DNA of 64,000 nucleotides. It comes from Longimicrobiales bacterium. Its GTDB lineage: Bacteria; Gemmatimonadota; Gemmatimonadetes; Longimicrobiales; Gaopeijiaceae. The notes beneath the pieces were generated by a model. The model made no database searches. It had not been told where the DNA came from and worked only from the letters and a program-made list of their open reading frames with translations. Below are positions 8,994 to 22,425 of this stretch, one piece after another. Position 1 is the stretch's first letter; each line of letters opens with the position of its first letter. Position numbers and translations under genes: made by a program. The DNA is taken from the NCBI GenBank assembly GCA_965202985.1, contig CBDBCF010000001.1:224001-288000 (forward strand), given 5' to 3'.

Positions 8994-11656
8994 TAGGCGT
9001 CGCGCTCGGAGTTCGGGTCCGCGTCGTCCCCCTCGCCCTCTTCGCCCAGCACGCGCGCCACGTCCACCAGCGAGTCGCCCTCGTCCAGGTTCACCAGCCG
9101 CACGCCCTGCGTGGCCCGCCCGATGACACGCATTTCCGACACGTTCTGGCGGTTCACCACGCCGTTGCGGGTCATCACCATGAGCTGGTCGCCGTCGGCC
9201 ACGGACTTCACGGCCACGACCCGACCCGTCTTCTCGGACAACTTGAGGTTGATCACGCCCTTGCCGCCCCGCTTCTGGAGCCGGTATTCGCCGATCTCGC
9301 TTCGCTTGCCCATTCCGCGCTCGGTGGCCACCAGCAGGGTGGCGTTCGGCCTGCGCACCACGACCATCCCGACCACCTCGTCGCCGTCGTCCAAACGGAT
9401 GCCGCGCACGCCCGCCGTGGTCCGCCCCATTGGCCGCGCATTCGACTCCAGGAACCGGATCGCCTTGCCCTGCCGCGTGGCCAGCACGACCTCGTTGGCG
9501 CCGTCGGTGATCCGCACGTCGATGAGGGCGTCGCCTTCGCGCACGTTGATCCCGTGGATGCCCACGGAGCGCACGTTGCCGTAGGCCGACAGGGGCGTCT
9601 TTTTGACGACGCCCTTCCGCGTGCAGAAGAGCAGGAACTGGTCGGCCGGGAAGGCGCGCACAGCCACCACGGCGGCCACGGACTCGCCCGACGGCAAGTC
9701 GACCAAGTTGACGATGGGCTTGCCCTTCGCCTGTCGGCTTCCCTGCGGAATCTCCCAAACCTTGACCCAGTGGCACCGCCCCCGGTCGCTGAAGACCATC
9801 AGGTAGTCGTGGGTGGACGCCACGAAGAGGTGCTCCACCCAGTCTTCGGCCTTGGTTCCCATGCCGCGAAGCCCGCGGCCGCCCCGACGTTGCGAGCGGT
9901 AGGTGTCGATGGGGATGCGCTTTACGTAGCCCTGGCGGGACACGGTGATCACCATCTCTTCGTCCGCGATCAGGTCCTCCACGTTGAACGACGACACGCT
10001 CCCCACGATCTGGGAACGCCGGTCGTCGCCGAAGCGGTCCGCAACCTCGCGCAGCTCGTCCTTGACGATGTCCAGACGCACTTGGCGGTCGCCCAGTATC
10101 CGCTCGAGCTCGGCGATCTGTTCCCGGACCTGTGCCAGTTCCTGGTCCAGCTTGTCCATCTCCAGGTTGGTCAGCCGGGCCAGTCGCATGTCCAGAATGG
10201 CGCGAGCTTGTCGCTCGGACAGGTCGAACGCGCTGCGCAGCCCTACGGCCGCTTCCGCCGCGTCCTGGGAGCCTCGGATGATGCGCACGACCTGGTCGAT
10301 GTTGTCCACCGCGATGCGGAGGCCGTCCAGGACGTGCTCGCGTTCCTTGGCCGCCGCCAGCTCGAACTCGCTGCGCCGCACCACCACGTCGTGGCGGTGA
10401 TGCACGAAGTGGGCCAGCATGTTCAGCAGCGGCATCACCTTGGGCACGCCGTCCACCAGGGCCAGGAATATGGCGCCGAAGGTGGACTGCATCTGGGTGT
10501 GCTTGTAGAGGCGATTCAGGACCACGTGCGGCACGGCCTCGCGCTTGAGCTCGACGACGATGCGCAGTCCGTCGCGGTCGGATTCGTCGCGCAGGTCGCG
10601 GATCGAGACGAGCTTCTTCTCTCTGACCAGCGCGGCGATCTGCTCGATGAGGCGCGCCTTGTTCACCATGAACGGGATCTCGTGCACCACGATCCGGGAA
10701 GGACCGTCGTCTCCTTCCTCCACGGTGGCCTTGGCGCGTATGACGATCCGGCCGCGGCCCGTGCGGTACGCCTCGCGGATGCCGCTGGTGCCGCAGATGT
10801 AGCCCCCGGTGGGGAAGTCGGGGCCGGGAACCAGCGACTCCAGCCGTTCCTTGATCCGGGCTAGGCGGCCCGCCTGGAAGAGATCGGCGCTCCGTTCAGC
10901 GCCCGCGCCCACGGCCAAACCGGCGGTGGCCCCAACGCCCGCGGCCCCGACCCGGCCCGGCACCAAGTCGGAATCCGTCCTGCGGCGCGGGGCCGCCTGC
11001 TGGTCCCTGCGGACGATCGCCTCCAAGTCCTCCCAAGGAAGCTCGTCGATCAGCGCGATCAGGCCGTCCACCACCTCGCGCAGGTTGTGGGGCGGGATGT
11101 TGGTGGCCATGCCCACCGCGATCCCCGACGACCCGTTGACCAGCAAGTTGGGGGCCTTGGAGGGCAGGACCGACGGCTCCTTCAAGCGCCCGTCGAAGTT
11201 CTCGTCGAAGCGGACCGTTTCCTTGTCGATGTCCGCGAGCAGCTCCATCGTCAGCCGTTGCAGGCGGGCTTCGGTGTAGCGGTAGGCCGCCGCGGAGTCG
11301 CCGTCGATGGAGCCGAAGTTGCCCTGGCCGTCCACGAGCGGGTAGCGCAGGGAGAAGTCCTGAACCATCCGCACCAGGGCGTCGTAGACCGCCGAGTCGC
11401 CGTGGGGGTGGTACTTGCCCAGCACCTCGCCCACCACCGTGGCGCACTTCTTGTAGGCCCGCCCCGGGGACAGCCCCAGCTCGGACATGGCGTAGAGGAT
11501 TCGCCGATGGACGGGCTTGAGGCCGTCGCGCACGTCCGGCAGGGCGCGCTGGACGTTCACGCTCATCGAGTAGTCGATGAACGACTCGCGCATTTCCTGC
11601 TCTAGGATGCGCTCCAGGATGCGCTCGCCGGCGCTGGTCGGCTCGTCGTGAGACAT
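8993..11656 (-). CDS. gyrA: DNA gyrase subunit A
   Basis: [34 protein letters not shown] active-site Tyr, GyrA-box QRRGGRG, C-terminal beta-pinwheel repeats. Confidence 0.98.
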   Translation of the reverse strand: MSHDEPTSAGERILERILEQEMRESFIDYSMSVNVQRALPDVRDGLKPVHRRILYAMSELGLSPGRAYKKCATVVGEVLGKYHPHGDSAVYDALVRMVQDFSLRYPLVDGQGNFGSIDGDSAAAYRYTEARLQRLTMELLADIDKETVRFDENFDGRLKEPSVLPSKAPNLLVNGSSGIAVGMATNIPPHNLREVVDGLIALIDELPWEDLEAIVRRDQQAAPRRRTDSDLVPGRVGAAGVGATAGLAVGAGAERSADLFQAGRLARIKERLESLVPGPDFPTGGYICGTSGIREAYRTGRGRIVIRAKATVEEGDDGPSRIVVHEIPFMVNKARLIEQIAALVREKKLVSIRDLRDESDRDGLRIVVELKREAVPHVVLNRLYKHTQMQSTFGAIFLALVDGVPKVMPLLNMLAHFVHHRHDVVVRRSEFELAAAKEREHVLDGLRIAVDNIDQVVRIIRGSQDAAEAAVGLRSAFDLSERQARAILDMRLARLTNLEMDKLDQELAQVREQIAELERILGDRQVRLDIVKDELREVADRFGDDRRSQIVGSVSSFNVEDLIADEEMVITVSRQGYVKRIPIDTYRSQRRGGRGLRGMGTKAEDWVEHLFVASTHDYLMVFSDRGRCHWVKVWEIPQGSRQAKGKPIVNLVDLPSGESVAAVVAVRAFPADQFLLFCTRKGVVKKTPLSAYGNVRSVGIHGINVREGDALIDVRITDGANEVVLATRQGKAIRFLESNARPMGRTTAGVRGIRLDDGDEVVGMVVVRRPNATLLVATERGMGKRSEIGEYRLQKRGGKGVINLKLSEKTGRVVAVKSVADGDQLMVMTRNGVVNRQNVSEMRVIGRATQGVRLVNLDEGDSLVDVARVLGEEGEGDDADPNSERDA

Positions 11657-11699
11657 GGCTCAATCTAGCCGGATCGACGGCCTCTCTCAACCCGCGCCA

Positions 11700-11800
11700 G
11701 CCGCGTGGACCGCTGGTTGAGCGAGCGGATCGACGACGCTCTGGACCCGCGGAGGGTGCGGCATTCGCTGGCGGCGGCATGCCTGCTGGCGGTTCAGGGC
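11700..11800 (+). mobile_element. IS1380-family transposase fragment
   Basis: Encodes VDRWLSERIDDALDPRRVRHSLA..ACLLA, nearly the same as part of the transposase at 55634-57073. Confidence 0.75.
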
Positions 11801-11962
11801 GTCGGAACCACCTGGACGCTGCCTGCCCTCGTGCCAGCTTCGACGTCCACTCCGGTGCACCGGTGCGTCCAGCACACGCCAAAGCGCGTTCCGAACGCCG
11901 AAAACGCGCGACGCCGAAGCCCGAGCGTCACATCGCCCCCGGCCCGCCGGGCTGCATCTGGA

Positions 11963-13245
11963 TCACCCGCACGTGTCTTGGTTCTGCTCCAGCCATTCCA
12001 GCAGTGCTTCTGCCGCCCACTGGTGGCCCTGGGCGTTCCAGTGGCCGCTGTGAGCCCAGGTCGCGTCCCGAATGCGGCCGTTCCGGCGCGCGATGTAGGC
12101 GTACTGGTCGACTACGGGAATGTCTCGCGCGGATGCAAGGGCATGCATGCGCTCGAACCTCAAGGTTCCGTTCGTTCCCATGCTGTGGGTAGCAAGCATC
12201 AACAGACCGAAGTTGTCGCGCTCGGCACGGGTCTTCCATTCGTCCAACGCGAATCCCGTGTAGTCCAGAGCTTCCTGGGCGGCCTCCGGTAAGCGGGCGT
12301 CGTCGAAGATTCTCACAATCGGTTGCTTCCAGTCCACGAGCAAATGCGAGTACCTGGGGTCCTGTGCTCTCCTTAGTCGCCTTTCGGCTCGAGCACGTTG
12401 GCTCGCGATCAGGCGGACTTTGGCGTCCAAGAACAGGGCGAAGTGCGAGGTTGACCTGGCAATCCTTCTGACGGCTGCGAGAAGAGGACGCTTTGGGTGA
12501 GGCATGGGCGTGTTGCGATGTGCCCCCGGATCGGGGGGACGCATCAAGAAAGCGCCGTCGGCGTTTCGCCGGGCCGATATCCAGGGCAACCCATCCGGGT
12601 CGTACTCAGTTTGCATTCCCTTGAAGACATAATGGTTGTCGACTAAGTCGTTGCGAACGAAGACGAGCACGACGACGTGCGGCGAAGTCCTGGAGACGAA
12701 CTCGTCGTAGTAGCCGAGTTGATGGATCTGTCCGGTGCCCGGATGGCTAAAGGCGGAGGTTGCGACGCGCAACGAGGGCAGACGTTCGCGGGCCATGTCT
12801 TCCAACCGCACATGCAACTTGTCCGCAATGGGGACTTCCACGGCGGCCACAAACGAGTCGCCGACGACGGCCACGCGGCACGACGCATTACTATTAGTGG
12901 TGCCGTCTTCTAGGGGGGGGGGGGGGGGGGGGGGCGATCAAGAAAGCCCCAGCGGTTGACCCGGGTAACGTTCCAGTAATCGAGTATGTTGGTGTGGTAG
13001 CTCTCCGACCCCGGCACCTGAAGACGTCCTGCCCTGGGATGGATGTAGCTCTTAGCGACCGGGGTCTCGAAATCCTCGATGAGCCTCGTGTACACCTGGG
13101 CGTCCACCGACCCAACGGAACGGAGCCCGATCCTGCTCCGGGCCCAGCCCTCGGCCGCAAGCGCGACGACCATCAGCCCGACCAGAGTCCAGGCCGCGTT
13201 GATCGCGGCGACCCGCGCTGCGCTTCGCCGCCCACCTGTCGCCAT
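11963..13245 (-). pseudogene. Membrane-anchored SGNH/GDSL-like protein split at a C22 homopolymer (possible phase-OFF gene)
   Basis: ORFs 12910-13245 and 11963-12874 join across the tract. Motifs NRWGF.D, VVGDSF, FVRND, GHWN..GH. Confidence 0.7.
12913..12934. repeat. G22 homopolymer (C22 on the coding strand)
   Basis: Seen directly. Confidence 0.95.
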
Positions 13246-13257
13246 CGCCTTCCTCCG

Positions 13258-14385
13258 TCAAAGGGGCCAGGAAACCACCGGGCAAAGGCGGCGGAAGAGA
13301 TCTAGGTAGCCGTCCGCTGCTATGTCCGCGGAGTGGGGGCGCGCACCCGCTCTTAGTAGCGACGGGGCGACGGGCTGGTCCAACGTGTCGAGCAGCGCCG
13401 CCGCCAATGCCAACGCGTCGCCGACCGGGACCAAGCGGCCCAACTTCCCGTCCGCAAGGAGCTCCCGCGGCCCGCTGGGGCAGTCGGTGCTCACCACCTG
13501 CGTGCCGCAGGCCATTGCCTCGAACACGACCAAGGGGCATCCTTCGTAGACGGACGACACCGCCAGGACATTCGCTTTCGCCATGAACGCCGCCGGATTG
13601 GTCTGGAAACCGACGAAGTCGACGACGGCCGCTATGCCCAAGTCCCGCGCCAGCGCCCCCAAGCCATCTCTCTCGGGGCCGTCGCCCACGACGACGAGAC
13701 GGAGAGCCCGCGACTTCGCCGCTTCGGCAAACGCATGGAGCAGCACGGAACACGCCTTTTGCGGCGCGAGCCGGCCCACAAACAGGATCACGGGAACGTC
13801 GGATTCCCTGAGCCACGGATGCCGTACTTCTTCGAGCGCCTTTTGGTGATGGTCGATATCGAGCGCCGGGAGCACGACGTGCACAAGGTCGGCCAGCTCG
13901 GGAGCGTGACACAGCAAGTCGTCCTCGGCGCCGCGCGAAACTACTACCACCGCGCCGGCGCACCGCCACATTCGCAACGCCAGGTCAAGGGTGGCTCGTC
14001 CTTTGAGGCCCGCCGCCGCTCGGCGCATCGAGAATGTGTTGTCGAATCGCACCACCACCTCGAACGACCTGCCCAGTACCTGTTGCGCAAGCAACACCGC
14101 GATGCTGGCCACCGCCGAATTGGCGACGACGACGTGCGGGCGGGCGCGGCGCAGGTACCGAAACAGCGCCGGGAGGCCCGTGGCCGTGCGCTTGCTCTTC
14201 AGGTCCACAACGCGCGGTCCGTCCGGCGGCAGATCGAGACGGGGGCGAGTGGCGTCCACGAGCACGACGTCCACGGACACGCCGCGCGCGTGCAGGCACT
14301 TCGCAAGGCGCTTCACAACATGCTCCACGCCTCCGAAATGACTTGCCGGCGAGGCAAGCAGCGCAACTCGCCCGCTTTCGTCCAT
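13258..14385 (-). CDS. Glycosyltransferase family 4
   Basis: GGVE, FVGRLAPQK, SSVYEGCPLVVFEAMACG, STDCPSGPRE. Confidence 0.92.
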   Translation of the reverse strand: MDESGRVALLASPASHFGGVEHVVKRLAKCLHARGVSVDVVLVDATRPRLDLPPDGPRVVDLKSKRTATGLPALFRYLRRARPHVVVANSAVASIAVLLAQQVLGRSFEVVVRFDNTFSMRRAAAGLKGRATLDLALRMWRCAGAVVVVSRGAEDDLLCHAPELADLVHVVLPALDIDHHQKALEEVRHPWLRESDVPVILFVGRLAPQKACSVLLHAFAEAAKSRALRLVVVGDGPERDGLGALARDLGIAAVVDFVGFQTNPAAFMAKANVLAVSSVYEGCPLVVFEAMACGTQVVSTDCPSGPRELLADGKLGRLVPVGDALALAAALLDTLDQPVAPSLLRAGARPHSADIAADGYLDLFRRLCPVVSWPL

Positions 14386-15122
14386 TAGAACTTGTAGTCG
14401 AAGATCTCGATGAGCTTGGCGTACCGTCGGGCAATGTAATCGCGAGACCAAGTCGTGTAGTGGTCGCGGTAGTGGAGCGACTTCGGGCGAGACCAAGACT
14501 TTGTGCGAGGCAGAGGGTCGGTCGGAAGCTCAAGGCGCCTGCACAACGCATCGTAGTCGGCTTGGAGGTGTTCGAATCGAATGTAAAAATCCAAGCAAGG
14601 ACGTTCGTCGATCAAATAGAACTTCGGCCAACGCTCCAGCTTCGCTTCGTGCCACCGGCGTCGCAGTGCCCGTTCAACGCTCTGCCTGATCTCCGACCGG
14701 TGCGCCTGCATGAGTCTCCAGCGCCGTCGCGGATTGAGGATGCCCGCCCTGAGCGAAGGAGGACGCCGCACGATCCTGCGCCAGAGGTACAGCCGCCACC
14801 AATACAGCGACACAAACCAATCCCATGGGTTTCTGACGACGGAGAATTTGAAGTAGTCGTCCCAAACGACGGCTCCGATGACCTTTCGGACAACTGCCGC
14901 CGGGGGATGCGCCTGGTGGGTTTTGTATACTTCGTCGAAGATATCCACGTTGCGTCCGGCTACCCTGCCCGCGGCGGCGGCGTCGAATTCGGTATCGGAC
15001 GGAAATTCCAGCACTACGTCGTTGTCCGTGCACAAACGGGAAAGGGAGGCTATGATGCTGCTGGTCGCAACTTTGTCGGGCCGCACGAAGATGAACTTGC
15101 GGCTGTGCGATACGATCGTCAT
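14385..15122 (-). CDS. Sulfotransferase family 2 protein
   Basis: SHSRKFIFV...KVATSSI (5'-PSB), FKFSVVRNPWDWFVSLY (3'-PB), RFEHL, YRDHY. Confidence 0.88.
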   Translation of the reverse strand: MTIVSHSRKFIFVRPDKVATSSIIASLSRLCTDNDVVLEFPSDTEFDAAAAGRVAGRNVDIFDEVYKTHQAHPPAAVVRKVIGAVVWDDYFKFSVVRNPWDWFVSLYWWRLYLWRRIVRRPPSLRAGILNPRRRWRLMQAHRSEIRQSVERALRRRWHEAKLERWPKFYLIDERPCLDFYIRFEHLQADYDALCRRLELPTDPLPRTKSWSRPKSLHYRDHYTTWSRDYIARRYAKLIEIFDYKF

Positions 15123-15271
15123 GCTACCCTCCCTCTCTCTCCGAATTTGTATCGAACGCACAACGCCCGGGACGCAGTGGCTCGCGGCCGCGAATGATTC
15201 GGCTATTCGGCATCCGTCAACGTTAGTGGGACGGTGGAGGGCGGTCAAGCGATCAGCGGGGCGGGCGCTCG

Positions 15272-16330
15272 TCAAGCCACAGCGACGAAGTCGACGCCTT
15301 CCATCAGCCCGGCTCGGCGTGCAGCGCTGCGGACCGCCTGGCGACCGGCAGCGCGGGCCACGGCGCCCAGATGAAGCACTTTGCCGAACGCCGAAACCGA
15401 CGCGGCGTCCCGGACGGGCGCCCCGTGGATGGTCTGGCCGATCTTGCGGGAGTCCACCTCCACGAACCCGCGCACGGCCACGCCTTGGCGAAGGCATTCC
15501 AGGGCGAGGCGCTTGCCCGTGGGACCTGCGCCCCAGATCGCGACGCCGTCGCGGCCGGCCAGGAGGCTCTTGCGCAGGTGATGGACTCGGCAGGCGCGGA
15601 AGGCGGGGATCGAGTAGGCAGGGTGGGTGCGGCTCAGTCGAGCGCCGTCTTGGTTCCAGTCCAGCAGCACCTGGGGCGCGGCGACGAAGCGGTGGCCGGC
15701 CCGCCACAAGCGAAGCAGCAGGTCGTAGTCCTCGGGCCAGCCTCGGTCGCGGTACCCGCCCGCTTCCCGCAGCACGTCCGCCCGGAACAGGAACGTAGGG
15801 TGAGCCAGGGGACATTCGACGAAGAGGTCGGCCCGGACCGCGTCCCAATCGGTCATGGCGTTGACCCAGGCTTCGTACTCCGCGCCCCGCGGGGTGAGGC
15901 GCGACGACGGCGTCATGCGCACTTGGGCGCCGCAGCCCGCCAAGCCGGTGCGTCGCAGGAACGCCGTCTGGACCTCGAATCGCTCGGGACGGCAGACGTC
16001 GTCCGCGTCCATGCGGGCCACCAGGGGCGCACGCGCTTCCGCCAAGCCAAGCTGCAGGGCCGACACGATCCCCGCCGGTTCTGTGCGCAGGCCTCGGACG
16101 CGAGGGTCGCGCTTCTCCCACTCGTGCACCACGGCAGGCGTGTCGTCCCGGGAACCGTCGTCCACCACGATCGCCTCGAAGGCGCCGAAGGTCTGTCCGG
16201 CGAGCGAGCGGAGCGCCCTGTCCAGCGTGGCGGCGCCGTCCCGCACCGGCAGCACGACGGACACCTCGGGGGTGCGCCCTCCGCGTCGCCGGCGAGCGGC
16301 GGCCGGCAGCCCACCCGCTGTCGCGTCCAA
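15272..16330 (-). CDS. Glycosyltransferase family 2 with C-terminal Rossmann-like domain
   Basis: VSVVLPV, VDDGSRD, ARMDADD, HPT, EDYDL, IWGAGPTGK. Start is uncertain. Confidence 0.88.
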   Translation of the reverse strand: MDATAGGLPAAARRRRGGRTPEVSVVLPVRDGAATLDRALRSLAGQTFGAFEAIVVDDGSRDDTPAVVHEWEKRDPRVRGLRTEPAGIVSALQLGLAEARAPLVARMDADDVCRPERFEVQTAFLRRTGLAGCGAQVRMTPSSRLTPRGAEYEAWVNAMTDWDAVRADLFVECPLAHPTFLFRADVLREAGGYRDRGWPEDYDLLLRLWRAGHRFVAAPQVLLDWNQDGARLSRTHPAYSIPAFRACRVHHLRKSLLAGRDGVAIWGAGPTGKRLALECLRQGVAVRGFVEVDSRKIGQTIHGAPVRDAASVSAFGKVLHLGAVARAAGRQAVRSAARRAGLMEGVDFVAVA

Positions 16331-16341
16331 CGTCGCCCGCC

Positions 16342-19326
<2,985 letters not shown>

Positions 19327-19383
19327 GGGGTGGGGACTATACCCGTTGCCACGGGCCGCGCAATTCCCGACAGTTCAGCCCTC

Positions 19384-20457
19384 ATGGACCGATACCCCCG
19401 GGCCGACTACAGGCCGCTGGACCGCTACCGGCCCAACCGCTCCCCCGTCGCGGTGGACCTGAGCGACAACCGCAACCTGTGGGGCGCCCATCCCGCCGCG
19501 CTGGAGGTGCTGGCGGCCGCGGGGTCGGGCGCTGCCGGAGCGGGGGAGCCGTCCGAGTACCCTTGGGCGTACGCCGAGCCATTGGCCGAAGTCGTGGCCG
19601 CCGAGCTGGGCGCTTCGCCGGGCCAGGTGGTCACGGGCGCCGGGGGCACGGGCGTGCTGGACACGTTGATGCGCGCGGTGGCCCCGACGACGATGCGGTT
19701 CCTGGAACCGGGCTGGCCCGCCGCCGCCATGCTCGCGCGGATGAACGGCCACCGGCCCGTGGCCGTTGACTGGGACGCCGGGCTGGACGATCCGGTGGCG
19801 TTCGCGGGAGACGAACAGGCGATAGTGTACGTGGCGAACCCGGCCAACCCCACGGGCCGCTCGGTCTCGGACGACTGGATGCGGGCCGCGCAGGCGCGCG
19901 CCGAGGCCGCCGGCAGCGTGCTGATCATCGACGAGGCCTACGGCGAGTACCATCGCGACGCCGCCGATCGGACGCCGTTCGACTTGGCCCTGGCCGCCGA
20001 GCGCACGCTCTGCGTAAAGACATTCTCCAAGGCGTACGGGCTGGCCGGGCTGCGGGTCGGCTACGGGGTGGGCAGCGCGTCGCTGGTCCTGGAGGCGGAC
20101 AAGGCCCGAGGGCCGTTCGCGGTGACGGGCGTATCGGGCGCGGCCGCGGCCGCCGCCTTGTCCAGCGGTTCGCCGTGGCTGGCCCGCACGGTGTCCGAGA
20201 CCCGCCGCAACCGGGACCGACTGCTGGCTCGGCTGGCCCGTAACGGTCACGCGGCTACGGAATCGCGGGCCAACTTCGTCTTCGTGCTGCTGCCGCGCGC
20301 CGAGCTGGAGCCCGCGACCGCCCAGCTGGAGCGCTCCGGCGTCCGCGTGCGCCCGTTCGCCGGGGCCGCGCCGGGAGGGTCGGGCTTGCGGGCCACGGTC
20401 GGCCCCTGGGAGATGATGGAGCGCTTGGCCGCCGGGCTGGACCAAGCCCGCGCGTGA
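19384..20457 (+). CDS. Histidinol-phosphate aminotransferase-like class I/II aminotransferase
   Basis: NPANPTG, IDEAYGE, TFSKAYGLAGLRVG. Confidence 0.85.
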   Translation: MDRYPRADYRPLDRYRPNRSPVAVDLSDNRNLWGAHPAALEVLAAAGSGAAGAGEPSEYPWAYAEPLAEVVAAELGASPGQVVTGAGGTGVLDTLMRAVAPTTMRFLEPGWPAAAMLARMNGHRPVAVDWDAGLDDPVAFAGDEQAIVYVANPANPTGRSVSDDWMRAAQARAEAAGSVLIIDEAYGEYHRDAADRTPFDLALAAERTLCVKTFSKAYGLAGLRVGYGVGSASLVLEADKARGPFAVTGVSGAAAAAALSSGSPWLARTVSETRRNRDRLLARLARNGHAATESRANFVFVLLPRAELEPATAQLERSGVRVRPFAGAAPGGSGLRATVGPWEMMERLAAGLDQARA

Positions 20458-22379
20458 ACCACGCCGCCTACGAAGAAGAGGTTCTTGGCAAGGCGTACGA
20501 TTCCCGCCTCATGGCGCGGCTGCTTCGCTACCTGCGGCCATACAGGTGGCAGGTCGCGGGCGCCGTGGCGCTTCTCATGCTGTCGTCGGCCACGGCGATG
20601 GTCGGCCCGTACCTGACCAAGGTCGCCCTGGACGACGCCGTTCCCGCCCGGGACGGCCGGCTGCTGGCCACGTTGGCCGCCCTGTACGCCGCGTCCGTCG
20701 TGCTGGTCTTCTTCTTTCAGTACGCGCAGGCCCTGGTGGCGACCTGGCTGGGACAGCGGGTCATGTACGACATCCGCGCGCAAGTGTTCCGGCGGCTCCA
20801 GCAGCTCGACCTGCGCTTCTACGACCGCAACCCGGTGGGGCGGCTCATGACCCGCATCACGTCGGACGTGGAGACGCTCAACGAGCTCTTCGGCTCGGGC
20901 GTGGTCACGGTGTTCGGCGACTTGTTCATCTTGGTCTTCATCGTGGCGGCCATGCTGTGGATGGACGCCGGGCTGGCGGTGGTCACCTTCAGCGTGCTGC
21001 CGCTGGTCGTCTGGTCGGCGTTCGTGTTCCGGTCGCGGATCCGCGCCGCCTACCGGGAGATCCGCGTCCGCCTGGCGCGCCTCAACGCCTTCCTGCAAGA
21101 GCGGTTCACGGGCATCCTGGTCGTGCAGCTGTTCAACCGGGAGCGCGCCGACCTGAACCGCTTCAAGTCGCTCAACAACGACTACCTGGCCGCCCACCTG
21201 CGCTCGATCACCTACTATGCACTGTTCTTTCCGATCGTGCAGCTGTTCACGTCGGTGGCGCTGGCGCTGATCGTGTGGTACGGCGGCGGTCTCTACGTGC
21301 AAGGCGCCGTGTCCGTGGGCGTGCTGGCTGCTTTCGTGGACTATGCGCGACGGTTCTTTCGCCCGATCCAGGACCTGTCTGACAAGTACAACCTGCTGCA
21401 AGGCGCCATGGCGTCGTCCGAGCGCGTCTTCCGCCTGCTGGATCGCAAGCCCGCCGTGGCCGACCCGGCGAGCCCGGTCTCGTTTCCCGCGAGCGCCCCC
21501 GGCGGCATCCGCTTCGAGAACGTGTGGTTCGCGTACGAAGGCGCGGAGGGCCGGGAAGGCGACGGGCGCGAGGCGGCGGGCGCGGCCGCATCCAACGCTG
21601 CGGGCGCATCCAACGTTGGCGGCGCCGCGGACGACGGGACCGATTGGGTCTTGCGCGACCTGTCGTTCGACGTGGCGCCCGGCGAGAAGCTGGCGATCGT
21701 GGGCCACACGGGCGCCGGCAAGACGACCGTGATCAACCTCCTGATGCGCTTCTACGACGCGCAGCGCGGCCGGATTCTGGTGGACGGCGTGCCGACCCAG
21801 CGTCTGCGGGTGGCGGAGCTGCGAAGCAGGATCGGGCTTGTGCTGCAAGACGTGTTTCTATTCAGCCAATCGGTGGAGTACAACGTGGCGCTGGGTTCGC
21901 GCAACATCGGCCAGGGAGACGTGACCCGGGCGCTCGAGGCCGTGGGCGCCGACCCCTTCGTCGAACGCCTTGCCGCCGGGCGCAGCCAGGACTTGGGCGA
22001 ACGCGGCGCCGGCTTGTCGGTGGGCGAGCGCCAACTGCTGTCTTTCGCGCGCGCGCTGGCGTTCGACCCCGACATCCTGGTGCTGGACGAAGCCACCAGC
22101 TCCGTGGACTCGGAGATCGAGACGCGCATCGAAGAAGCGACCGATCGCCTCATGGAAGGCCGCACGTGCCTGGTGATCGCGCACCGGCTTTCCACGGTCC
22201 AGAACGCCGACCGCATCTTGGTGCTGCACCAAGGACAGCTGGCGGAAGAGGGCAGCCACCAAGCGCTGTTGGCGGCCGGCGGACTCTACCAGCGGCTCTA
22301 CGAGCTCCAGTTCGCCGGGTTGTCGGGCAGGCTCGCCCCGGCCGCGGCAGTCGGGGCGACGCGCGTGGACAGCCCTTGA
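20454..22379 (+). CDS. ABC exporter, fused permease/ATPase (MdlB/MsbA-like)
   Basis: Transmembrane domain plus GHTGAGKT, LSVGERQ, LVLDEATS, IAHRLST. Confidence 0.93.
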   Translation: MNHAAYEEEVLGKAYDSRLMARLLRYLRPYRWQVAGAVALLMLSSATAMVGPYLTKVALDDAVPARDGRLLATLAALYAASVVLVFFFQYAQALVATWLGQRVMYDIRAQVFRRLQQLDLRFYDRNPVGRLMTRITSDVETLNELFGSGVVTVFGDLFILVFIVAAMLWMDAGLAVVTFSVLPLVVWSAFVFRSRIRAAYREIRVRLARLNAFLQERFTGILVVQLFNRERADLNRFKSLNNDYLAAHLRSITYYALFFPIVQLFTSVALALIVWYGGGLYVQGAVSVGVLAAFVDYARRFFRPIQDLSDKYNLLQGAMASSERVFRLLDRKPAVADPASPVSFPASAPGGIRFENVWFAYEGAEGREGDGREAAGAAASNAAGASNVGGAADDGTDWVLRDLSFDVAPGEKLAIVGHTGAGKTTVINLLMRFYDAQRGRILVDGVPTQRLRVAELRSRIGLVLQDVFLFSQSVEYNVALGSRNIGQGDVTRALEAVGADPFVERLAAGRSQDLGERGAGLSVGERQLLSFARALAFDPDILVLDEATSSVDSEIETRIEEATDRLMEGRTCLVIAHRLSTVQNADRILVLHQGQLAEEGSHQALLAAGGLYQRLYELQFAGLSGRLAPAAAVGATRVDSP

Positions 22380-22425
22380 GCGGTCCGCCTGTCGGGCAAG
22401 CTCGCGCCCGCCGTAGCTTCCGTTC

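Noticed and set aside
10850..11050. Intein in GyrA
   Set aside because: Too short, and lacks the N-terminal Cys/Ser block and His-Asn end.
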